NCBI GenBank assembly: GCA_964496805.1
Contig: CAZCBM010000003.1
Location: 1 to 32,394, forward strand
Source of the DNA: an uncultured Rhodospirillales bacterium
GTDB taxonomy: Bacteria; Pseudomonadota; Alphaproteobacteria; CAZCBM01
Direction of reading: 5' to 3'
Length of the DNA: 32,394 nt
Below, one piece after another: positions 25,583-32,394 of this stretch (its first letter is position 1; each line of letters starts with the position of its first letter). The position numbers and the translations under genes are program-made. Under the pieces are notes generated by a model, which saw nothing but the letters and a program-made list of their open reading frames with translations, was not told the DNA's origin and made no database searches.

Positions 25583-25658
25583 GGGAGATGACCCCTTTGC
25601 CCAGCTAACGGCTCTACTGAGGGAGCCTGTGCTGTCTTTGCCCAGGTCGCTGACCATC

Positions 25659-26546
25659 ATGACCGATGCCAACCTGACACCTATCTCTGCCGATGCCGCC
25701 AAGCGGGTTATCCAATGGCTGCGGGATCATCCTGGGGAGCGCTTCCAGCCGACCTTGTTTTTCGACCGGGCCTGGATCAAGCACAAGATCGTCGTGGTGG
25801 GCGAACGCCATGTGGAAGGGCCTCAACGGGACTTCATCGCCGAGCGGGTGAGCCATTGGGGCGGACCGCTCAATACCCTGGCGCTGGAGATCACCGCTGA
25901 CCATCAGGAGGATATGGATGCCTTTCTGCGCGGTGAGAGGGCGGCCCCGCCCGATGGGTGGTTTGCGCGCCAGCGCCGGTTCGCCAAGATCTTGATGGCG
26001 GCGCGCCAGGCGCGGATGCCCATCGTCTGCATGGACAAGAAAACCCGGCGCCTGCATCTCCCCAAGCCAACCGCCGAGGCCGGTGCCGGCGAGACAGCAG
26101 GGGAGAGGTCAGCAGGGGCTGGGCCGCATCTGCCGGAGCCCAGGATTTCTTTGCCAACCGCCGGCGGCGGCAACCGCAATGACACCCGCGATGATGTCAT
26201 GGCCCGCGCCATCCTTGGCACCGCCGGTCTGGCCGGGCGCAACAAGGCCCTGGTGTTCGTGGGCATGGGCCACGCCAAGGAAATCCGGGAGGGCCGCAGC
26301 GCCAATCTCGGGATGCAACTGATCCAGTCCTACGGCAAGGCGGTCTACACAATCATCGCCATCACGGCCCTCACCGCCTCTGGCGATCCGTTCTTCCGCG
26401 CCATGAACCGTGCCTTCCCCCACGAAAGGGCGCTGGCCTTCGACATTGACCGGTCACCGCTGGCCACAGAAACCTTTGTCGATGTGGATCGCGCGACCCT
26501 CTATGCTTGGCGTCAGGTGGCTGACGGCATGATGCTGTTTTTCTGA
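25659..26546 (+). CDS. ChaN / Tiki-superfamily (haem-binding-uptake-like) protein, no signal peptide
   Basis: Ordered motifs VVVGERH (GExH), LALEITADHQEDMDAFL, RDDVMARAI and VFVGMGHAKE (GxGH) match the ChaN-like family as I remember it. A Gly/Ala/Pro low-complexity insert lies between the halves. The start is uncertain. The ATG at 25659 is preferred because the track's GTG at 25557 lies inside the repeat element. Neither start has a good SD. Confidence 0.55.
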   Translation: MTDANLTPISADAAKRVIQWLRDHPGERFQPTLFFDRAWIKHKIVVVGERHVEGPQRDFIAERVSHWGGPLNTLALEITADHQEDMDAFLRGERAAPPDGWFARQRRFAKILMAARQARMPIVCMDKKTRRLHLPKPTAEAGAGETAGERSAGAGPHLPEPRISLPTAGGGNRNDTRDDVMARAILGTAGLAGRNKALVFVGMGHAKEIREGRSANLGMQLIQSYGKAVYTIIAITALTASGDPFFRAMNRAFPHERALAFDIDRSPLATETFVDVDRATLYAWRQVADGMMLFF

Positions 26547-26701
26547 CCAACGGCACCCGTCATCGGTCCACCCCATCCCTCCTCTCTCCCCTCCCGTCCA
26601 GGCGCGGCCAGCGCAGGCCGCGTGGAAGGGAGCGCGGGGTCAGGCGGTTCTTACTGGCCCCGCTGAAAGAGTATGGACCGGGCGGTAGGCTGGGGTCCGC
26701 C

Positions 26702-28327
26702 TCAACCGCTCTCGGCTTCCTGATCCCGCAGCACCCGGCGCATGACCTTGCCCGTTGCTGTCAGCGGCAGGCTGTCAACGAAGCTCAGCAAGCGGGGATA
26801 CTCGTGGGCCGCGAGACGCTGGCGCACCCAATCCTGAAGGTTAGCCTTCAAGGCGTCGCTGGGGTCATGGCCTTGCGCCAAAACCACGAGGGCCTTGATC
26901 GCCTGGGTGCGGAGCGGGTCCGGTACGCCGATTACCGCAGCCATGGCAACGGCCGGGTGGCCGATGAGGCAGTCCTCAATCTCTCCGGGTCCGATGCGGT
27001 AGCCCGCCGAGGTGATGACATCGTCATCACGGCCGACATAGCGCAATAATCCCTCTTCCTGCACCCCCACGTCCCCGGTCAGCATCCAGTCGCCCCGGAA
27101 CTTGTCGGCGGTGGCCTCAGGATTGCGCCAATAGCGCAGAAACATCACTGGGTCTGGCCGATGAACCGCGATGGCGCCCTCCTGCCCCTCGGGCACGGGC
27201 CTGCCCGCCTCATCCACGATGGCAAGACGATGCCCCGGCACGGCTGGACCCATAAAGCCCGGGCGATGCTGCCCCAGCGCACTGCATGAACTGACGATCA
27301 TGTTGCACTCTGTCTGGCCATAGAATTCGTTGATCGTCAGACCGAACGTCTCCCGTCCCCAGTCCAGCAACTCCGCCCCCAGGCTCTCTCCTCCGCACGC
27401 GATGGACCGAAGGGTGGGGCCAAAGCGTTGGCCAGCCTGGGGGACCTGACGCATCAGTTTCAGTGCGGTGGGCGGCAAGAAGCTGTTGCGGACACCGTGT
27501 CGGCGGATCAGCGCAAACGCCTCCTCCGGATCGAACTTGGTCATGCGATGGCACAGAACCGGTTGGCCCAGGAACCATGCTGCCATCAGCAGGTCAAACA
27601 GCCCGCCAATCCATGCCCAATCCGCCGGTGTCCAGAACAGGTCGCCCGGTTGCGGCATCAGATCGTGGGAGAGGATAACCCCCGGCATGTGCCCCCGCAG
27701 CACCCGATGGGCATGGAGCGCGCCCTTGGGGGGACCCGTGGTGCCAGAGGTGTAGAGGATCAACCCGGGATCATCCGGACCCGTCTCCACCGCCTCAAAG
27801 CAATCGGACGCCCGGGCCATTTCGGCCGGCAGGTCCAGTGCCCCCTCCGCCGCCCCATCAACGCACAGGATGACTGCCAGATCGGGCACTTGATCCCGGA
27901 TTTGCGCCACCTTCTGGGCCCCGGCGCGATCCGTCACCACCGCGCGGGCTCCGCTATGGGCCAAGCGGTAACTCAGTGCCTCTGCGCCAAAAAGGGTGAA
28001 CAGGGGCAGGGAGATCATCCCCGCCCGCCACGCGGCCAGGTGGGCAAAAGCGGTTTCCGGGCGTTGGGGCAGCAGTACCGCCACGCGATCCCCGGCCGTC
28101 AGGCCATGCCCAGTCAACACCCGGGCCAGGCGCGCGCTCTGGGCCTTCACAGTATCAAAGCTGTGGTGCACGGGATCGCCCCTGCCGGTGAGGTGGATCA
28201 GCGCTAGCCGTCCGCTGCCATCCGCCCATCGGTCGCAGGCCTCTACGGCCATATTGCAGCGTGCGGGCAGATCCCACTGGAAGGATTGAGACAGAGCGGC
28301 AAAGTCGGCGGCATCGGAAGGAATCAT
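26702..28327 (-). CDS. AMP-dependent acyl-CoA synthetase (medium-chain type), canonical paralog of 8378-10012
   Basis: YTSGTTGPPKG, YGQTECN, TGD...GRDDDVITSAGYRIGPGEIE and PLTATGKVMRR are all intact. The start is moved to the ATG at 28327 (MIPSDAADFAAL...). Confidence 0.9.
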   Translation of the reverse strand: MIPSDAADFAALSQSFQWDLPARCNMAVEACDRWADGSGRLALIHLTGRGDPVHHSFDTVKAQSARLARVLTGHGLTAGDRVAVLLPQRPETAFAHLAAWRAGMISLPLFTLFGAEALSYRLAHSGARAVVTDRAGAQKVAQIRDQVPDLAVILCVDGAAEGALDLPAEMARASDCFEAVETGPDDPGLILYTSGTTGPPKGALHAHRVLRGHMPGVILSHDLMPQPGDLFWTPADWAWIGGLFDLLMAAWFLGQPVLCHRMTKFDPEEAFALIRRHGVRNSFLPPTALKLMRQVPQAGQRFGPTLRSIACGGESLGAELLDWGRETFGLTINEFYGQTECNMIVSSCSALGQHRPGFMGPAVPGHRLAIVDEAGRPVPEGQEGAIAVHRPDPVMFLRYWRNPEATADKFRGDWMLTGDVGVQEEGLLRYVGRDDDVITSAGYRIGPGEIEDCLIGHPAVAMAAVIGVPDPLRTQAIKALVVLAQGHDPSDALKANLQDWVRQRLAAHEYPRLLSFVDSLPLTATGKVMRRVLRDQEAESG

Positions 28328-28388
28328 TGTAAGTCGAGACCGGCTGAGGACGGGGACAATCCCCAGCCAAGACACAGCGTCCGGTGCA

Positions 28389-28458
28389 GGTCCAGTCTAC
28401 GATTTGGCCAACGGCGCGGCAGGCGCTTGAAGCACCCCGGTCTTTGGTCCAGTTTATG
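28389..28458. promoter_or_regulatory. two copies of GGTCCAGTYTAYG in the divergent promoter region
   Basis: ggtccagtctacg (28389-28401) and ggtccagtttatg (28446-28458) share 11 of 13 positions. They lie between the divergently transcribed ligase and dehydrogenase genes. Confidence 0.3.
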
Positions 28459-28561
28459 GGCATTGTTCAAACGTGGCTGACGGGAGCCTCGCACAAGCGG
28501 GCATACGTCAGGCGCACCAGGCTGATGGTCGTTGCAGCCACGAGTTCCCCGGAGGACCCCC

Positions 28562-30208
28562 ATGGATTACAAGGCGCCCCAGGCCGATCTGTTGTTCGCT
28601 CTTCGTCATGGCGCTGAGTTTGAGCGCTTGGACGGGATGGATCAGGATATGGCCGAGGCAGTGGTTGCCGAGGCTGCCCGACTGGTGGAGGCCGAAGTTG
28701 CGCCCCATGATCCCGTGGGCGATGCGCAAGGGGTGACCCTGCGGGATGGACGGGCCCACGTCCCCGAAGCGTTCAGGTCCGCTTACCGCCACTATTGCGA
28801 CGGCGGCTGGGCCGGCATCTCTACGCCGGAGACGTTTGGCGGTCAGGGCCTTCCCCATGTCATGTGGGGGGTAATTTCCGAAATGCTGTCGGGCGCCTGC
28901 GTCAGCCTGCAGGTGATGTTGGCCCTGTCCCAAGCGGCCCAGCGTACGCTGCTGTTGAACGGCACCGAGGAACAGCAGAACACCTATCTGCCGCGGCTGG
29001 CCAGCGGCGAATGGATGGGCACCATGTGCCTGTCCGAGCCGGGGGCGGGCTCTGACCTGTCTTTGGTGCGCACCTCCGCCACCCCGCAGGATGACGGGCG
29101 TTGGCGCATTAACGGCCAAAAGGTCTGGATCACAGGGGGCGACCAGACCATGAGCGACGGTATCCTGCACCTGGTGCTGGCCCGCTGCCCGGATATGCCG
29201 CCGGGGCTTAAGGGCCTGGGCCTGTTCATTGTGCCGGTCCTGTTGCCGGATGGGTCCCGCAACGCTGTGACCTGCGCGCGGGTGGAACACAAGATGGGCC
29301 TCAACGCCTCCCCCACCTGCGAGTTGCTGTTCGAAGATGCCGTGGGCGAGATCGTCGGCCAGCCGGGCGAAGGCTTGGCGCGGATGTTCACCATGATGAA
29401 TGCCGAGCGACTGGACGTTGCCATCCAAGGCGTTGGCCTCACCAGCATGGCCTTGCAACGGGCTGCCGCCTATGCCGCGGAGCGCAAGCAGGGTCGCACC
29501 GCAGGCGCCAAGGAGCCAGTGAGTATCAACCAGCACGGCGACGTGCAGCGCCAGATGATGGAGCCGCTGAGCCTCATGATCCCGGCGCGGGCGCTGTGTT
29601 TGCGGACCATGGTGGACCTGGAGTTGGATCACGATACCCCGATGGCCCCCCTGATGACGCCGATGCTCAAGGCCTTGTGTACCGATCTGGGCTGTATGGC
29701 GGCCGATCGCGCCATCCAGATCCATGGCGGCAACGGCTACACCCGGGAATATCGGGTGGAGCAACTCTATCGCGATGCACGGATCACCCCGATCTATGAA
29801 GGCACAAACGGCATTCAGGCCATGACCCTTGCCGGTCGCGTGCTGAAGGCGGACAATGGGCGCGCACCCAAGGCGTTTGCCGCCTTTGTGGGGCCGCTGG
29901 CTGACCAGGCGGCCGACTTGGGGGAGGCCTTTGGTGCCTGGGAGCGGGCCACCGCCCAATTGCTGGAAACCGCTGATCCTGGTCTGGCCGCCGCCTCCTA
30001 TCTGCGCCTCACCGGGCTTGTGGCCCTGGGCGCAACCTGGGCCAAGCTGGAACCGGTTCTGGACCAAGCCCCCGACCCCGCCCTCTATCGCGCCGCCCAT
30101 ACCTTCTTCCGGCGCTGGCTGCTGCCGGAGACCCGGCATCTCGCCTACCAGGTCAGTGTGGCCTGCGAAGGCCTGGACCTGGCCCCACTGGCCACGGCCG
30201 CTCAATAA
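28562..30208 (+). CDS. large acyl-CoA dehydrogenase with N- and C-terminal extensions (DmdC/FadE-like class)
   Basis: The N-terminus MDYKAPQADLLFAL matches the AcylCoA_DH_N type. [16 protein letters not shown] and IYEGTNGIQAMTLAGR are present, followed by an extra C-terminal domain of about 120 aa. A GGAGGA RBS lies 5 nt before the ATG at 28562. Confidence 0.9.
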   Translation: MDYKAPQADLLFALRHGAEFERLDGMDQDMAEAVVAEAARLVEAEVAPHDPVGDAQGVTLRDGRAHVPEAFRSAYRHYCDGGWAGISTPETFGGQGLPHVMWGVISEMLSGACVSLQVMLALSQAAQRTLLLNGTEEQQNTYLPRLASGEWMGTMCLSEPGAGSDLSLVRTSATPQDDGRWRINGQKVWITGGDQTMSDGILHLVLARCPDMPPGLKGLGLFIVPVLLPDGSRNAVTCARVEHKMGLNASPTCELLFEDAVGEIVGQPGEGLARMFTMMNAERLDVAIQGVGLTSMALQRAAAYAAERKQGRTAGAKEPVSINQHGDVQRQMMEPLSLMIPARALCLRTMVDLELDHDTPMAPLMTPMLKALCTDLGCMAADRAIQIHGGNGYTREYRVEQLYRDARITPIYEGTNGIQAMTLAGRVLKADNGRAPKAFAAFVGPLADQAADLGEAFGAWERATAQLLETADPGLAAASYLRLTGLVALGATWAKLEPVLDQAPDPALYRAAHTFFRRWLLPETRHLAYQVSVACEGLDLAPLATAAQ

Positions 30209-30246
30209 AGGCGGGACCGTCTCCCTTCCGCGCAGGATCACACGCC

Positions 30247-31008
30247 ATGGATATCAACGGATCAGTGGCTCTGGTGGCGGGTGGTGCCAGCGGGCTTGGC
30301 GCCGCGACCGCCCGGATGTTGGCGGCCAGGGGGGCCAAGGTGGCCTGCCTGGATCGGCATGCAGAGGCGGCTGCCGCCACAGCCGAACCGCTGGGGGGGA
30401 TCGGCCTCGCCGCCGATGTCAGTGATGCCGCAGCGGTGGAGGCCGCCGTCGATCGCCTGGTGGATAGCCTGGGTGCACCGCGCATCCTGGTGAACTGCGC
30501 GGGCATCGCTGACGCCGGCCGCATGATCAGCCGGGAAGGCCAGCTAAACCTGGACCTGTTCAGCCGCGTGGTTCAGGTCAATCTGATCGGCAGCTATGTG
30601 GTCATGAGCTATGCCGTGCGGGCCATGAGCACCCTGGAGCCTCTGGCGGAGGGGGAGCGGGGTGTCGTGATCAATACTGCGTCCATCGCCTATCAGGACG
30701 GGCAGATTGGGCAGGCCGCCTATGCCGCCAGCAAGGGGGGCGTCAGCAGCATGACGCTACCCTTGGCCCGGGAACTGGCCGGGCAGGGCATCCGGTGCAT
30801 GGCCATTGCGCCGGGACTGTTCCTCACCCCCATGATGGCGGGCCTGCCTCAACCGGTGCAGGAGAGCTTGGCGCAGCTTCCCCCCTTTCCCAAACGCTTG
30901 GGCGAGCCGGATGAATTTGCCGCGCTGGCCTGCCACATCATTGAAAACCGGATGTTCAATGGGGAAACCGTCCGCCTGGATGGTGGGGTGCGGATGCCTG
31001 CCCGTTGA
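30247..31008 (+). CDS. short-chain dehydrogenase, 3-hydroxyacyl-CoA dehydrogenase type II (HSD17B10-like)
   Basis: Has VAGGASGLGAAT (cofactor loop), NTASIAYQDGQIGQAAYAASKGGV (Ser...YxxxK) and C-terminal NGETVRLDGGVRM. Confidence 0.85.
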   Translation: MDINGSVALVAGGASGLGAATARMLAARGAKVACLDRHAEAAAATAEPLGGIGLAADVSDAAAVEAAVDRLVDSLGAPRILVNCAGIADAGRMISREGQLNLDLFSRVVQVNLIGSYVVMSYAVRAMSTLEPLAEGERGVVINTASIAYQDGQIGQAAYAASKGGVSSMTLPLARELAGQGIRCMAIAPGLFLTPMMAGLPQPVQESLAQLPPFPKRLGEPDEFAALACHIIENRMFNGETVRLDGGVRMPAR

Positions 31009-31060
31009 GCACGCTTCCCCCGTCCCCTCACACCCCCAAAGGCAAGGGAGCTGACACCCC

Positions 31061-32227
31061 ATGGATGCCCGCATTGTAGGTTGGGGGCACACCCCCTTTG
31101 GCCGCCTTCAGGACAAGAGCCTGGAGGACCTGATTGTGGATGCCGCGCGCGAGGCGCTGGACCATAGCGGGGTGGACCCGGCGGAGGTGGACGGCATCTG
31201 GCTGGGCCATTTTAACGCCGGGCTGGTGCCCGATGGCTTTGCCTCCTCCATGGCGTTGCAGGTGGACCCGGCCCTGCGCTTTACCCCGGCCACCCGCCTG
31301 GAGAATGCCTGCGCCTCCGGCTCCGCTGCCGTCTTCAACGCCCGCAATGCCATCCGCGCCGGCACCGCCAAGGTGGCGCTGGTGATCGGCGTGGAAAAGA
31401 TGACCAGCAAGGACACCGCCGGCGTGACCAAGGCCCTGGCCGGTGCCGCCTATCAAGCCGAAGAAGGCGACTTGTCCTTCCCGCAGATTTTCGGGCGCAT
31501 CGCCCAAACCTATTTCCAGGCCCATGGCGACCAGTCGGAGGCCTTGGCCCGTATCGCGGCCAAGAACCATCACCATGCGCTCAGCAATCCCCTGGCCCAG
31601 ATGCGCAAGGAGGTGCCGTTTTCCTTCTGCAACACGGTCAGCGACAAGAACCCCATGGTGGCGCCGCCGCTGCGGCTGACCGATTGCTCCCTGATCACCG
31701 ACGGTGCGGCAGCCTTGGTGATGGTGGCCGATGATCGTGCCGCCTCCTTCGACACCGCCATCCGCTTCCGAGGGGCGGCGCAGATCAATGACCTGCTGCC
31801 CCTGTCCCGGCGCGATATCCTGGCCTTTGAAGGCCCGGCCAAGGCCTTTGCCACGGCTTTTGAAGAGGCGGGGGTGAGCGTTGCCGACCTGGATTTTGCG
31901 GAGGTCCATGACTGCTTCACCATCGCTGAGTTGATGATCTACGAAGCCATGGGGCTGGCCGAGAGGGGGCAGGGGGCCCGGGTGGTGGCCGAGGGTCGGA
32001 CCACCCGCGGCGGTGACCTGCCCATCAACCTCTCCGGCGGCCTGAAGGCGAAGGGTCATCCGGTGGGGGCAACGGGGGTCAGCATGCATGTTCTGGCAGC
32101 ACAGCAACTGGCGGGTGCCGCGGGCGATATGCAGGTGGCGGATGCCCAGTTGGGGTGTGTGTTCAACATGGGTGGCTCTGGCGTCGCCAACTATGTCTGC
32201 GTCCTGGAGGCAGATAGGGCCGCCTGA
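31061..32227 (+). CDS. thiolase, SCP-x / nonspecific lipid-transfer-type
   Basis: Has the nucleophile motif ENACASGSAA, plus GHPVGATGV and NMGGSG near the C-terminus. An AAGGGAG RBS lies 9 nt upstream. Confidence 0.85.
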   Translation: MDARIVGWGHTPFGRLQDKSLEDLIVDAAREALDHSGVDPAEVDGIWLGHFNAGLVPDGFASSMALQVDPALRFTPATRLENACASGSAAVFNARNAIRAGTAKVALVIGVEKMTSKDTAGVTKALAGAAYQAEEGDLSFPQIFGRIAQTYFQAHGDQSEALARIAAKNHHHALSNPLAQMRKEVPFSFCNTVSDKNPMVAPPLRLTDCSLITDGAAALVMVADDRAASFDTAIRFRGAAQINDLLPLSRRDILAFEGPAKAFATAFEEAGVSVADLDFAEVHDCFTIAELMIYEAMGLAERGQGARVVAEGRTTRGGDLPINLSGGLKAKGHPVGATGVSMHVLAAQQLAGAAGDMQVADAQLGCVFNMGGSGVANYVCVLEADRAA

Positions 32228-32239
32228 CCTCGCGGGCGC

Positions 32240-32270
32240 GCAGACGCCAACCCCGTCTGCTTGCGGTATT
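32240..32270 (+). terminator. candidate terminator after the thiolase gene
   Basis: GCAGACG (32240-32246) pairs with CGTCTGC (32254-32260) around a 7-nt loop, followed by TTGCGGTATT. The U-tract is interrupted. Confidence 0.35.
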
Positions 32271-32394
32271 CGGTAAAAGGTCACCCCTGCGACAGGCTCC
32301 GCCAAGGACGCCGAAGGGGAGGCCTTTGCTTGGGGCCACCTAGCTGCTGGTCGCTGCGGGCTAGCCGCCCTGCACCCATCCCGGTGGCCGACTT

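Noticed and set aside
32333-32389. GGCCACC...N43...GGTGGCC as a further copy of the 5457-5523 palindromic element. A similar case is gcgtggaagggagcgcgggg at about 26620-26640.
   Set aside because: Beyond the 7-mer arms, only 14 of 26 positions match the reference element. The 26620 segment matches only the arm tip and has no partner arm. Both are compatible with chance in GC-rich DNA.
1-32394. A search for defence systems, toxin-antitoxin pairs, prophage or integrative elements, and biosynthetic clusters.
   Set aside because: No nuclease, helicase, methylase, integrase, transposase, phage-structural, NRPS/PKS or small paired-ORF signatures are visible in any frame. Every sizeable ORF with coding-like composition is accounted for by metabolic or transport families, apart from the three unknowns reported above.

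Overview
GC-rich proteobacterial chromosomal segment (typical coding lines I counted are about 62% GC). It is tightly packed with about 25 credible genes, and almost all are acyl-CoA metabolism. The centre (5606-23789, minus strand) is a long co-directional string. It starts with a LivGHMKF-like ABC importer that has an embedded long-chain-type acyl-CoA ligase, followed by a PaaI thioesterase. The complete leucine/isovalerate (liu) pathway comes next: isovaleryl-CoA dehydrogenase, methylcrotonyl-CoA carboxylase beta and alpha, HMG-CoA lyase and methylglutaconyl-CoA hydratase. Two further AMP-dependent ligases sit in this string. The right flank holds two more acyl-CoA dehydrogenases, a fourth ligase, an HSD17B10-like SDR and an SCPx-type thiolase. 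The left flank is a small sulfur-amino-acid cluster (CysK/CBS-like enzyme, 3-mercaptopyruvate sulfurtransferase, cystathionine beta-lyase). I found no rRNA, no intact tRNA, no CRISPR array, no transposase or integrase, no recognisable defence genes and no transcription-factor gene. Most of the window is ordinary core catabolism, and I cannot point to a clear multi-gene novel system. The items most worth a second look are:
- An Flp-prepilin-like leader fused to a fibrinogen-like globular domain, sitting alone in the sulfur cluster (3083-3916).
- An AMP-ligase paralog inside the liu operon whose ATP-binding P-loop and A10 lysine motif are degenerate (8378-10012).
- The importer + CoA-ligase + thioesterase module joined to the liu genes.
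- A signal-peptide-less ChaN/Tiki-like protein (25659-26546).
- A repeated GC-rich palindromic element (5457-5523, diverged copy at 25532-25582).
- A 12-bp tandem repeat abutting an acyl-CoA dehydrogenase start codon (25226-25273).
All functional calls rest on remembered family motifs and need HMM or BLAST confirmation.
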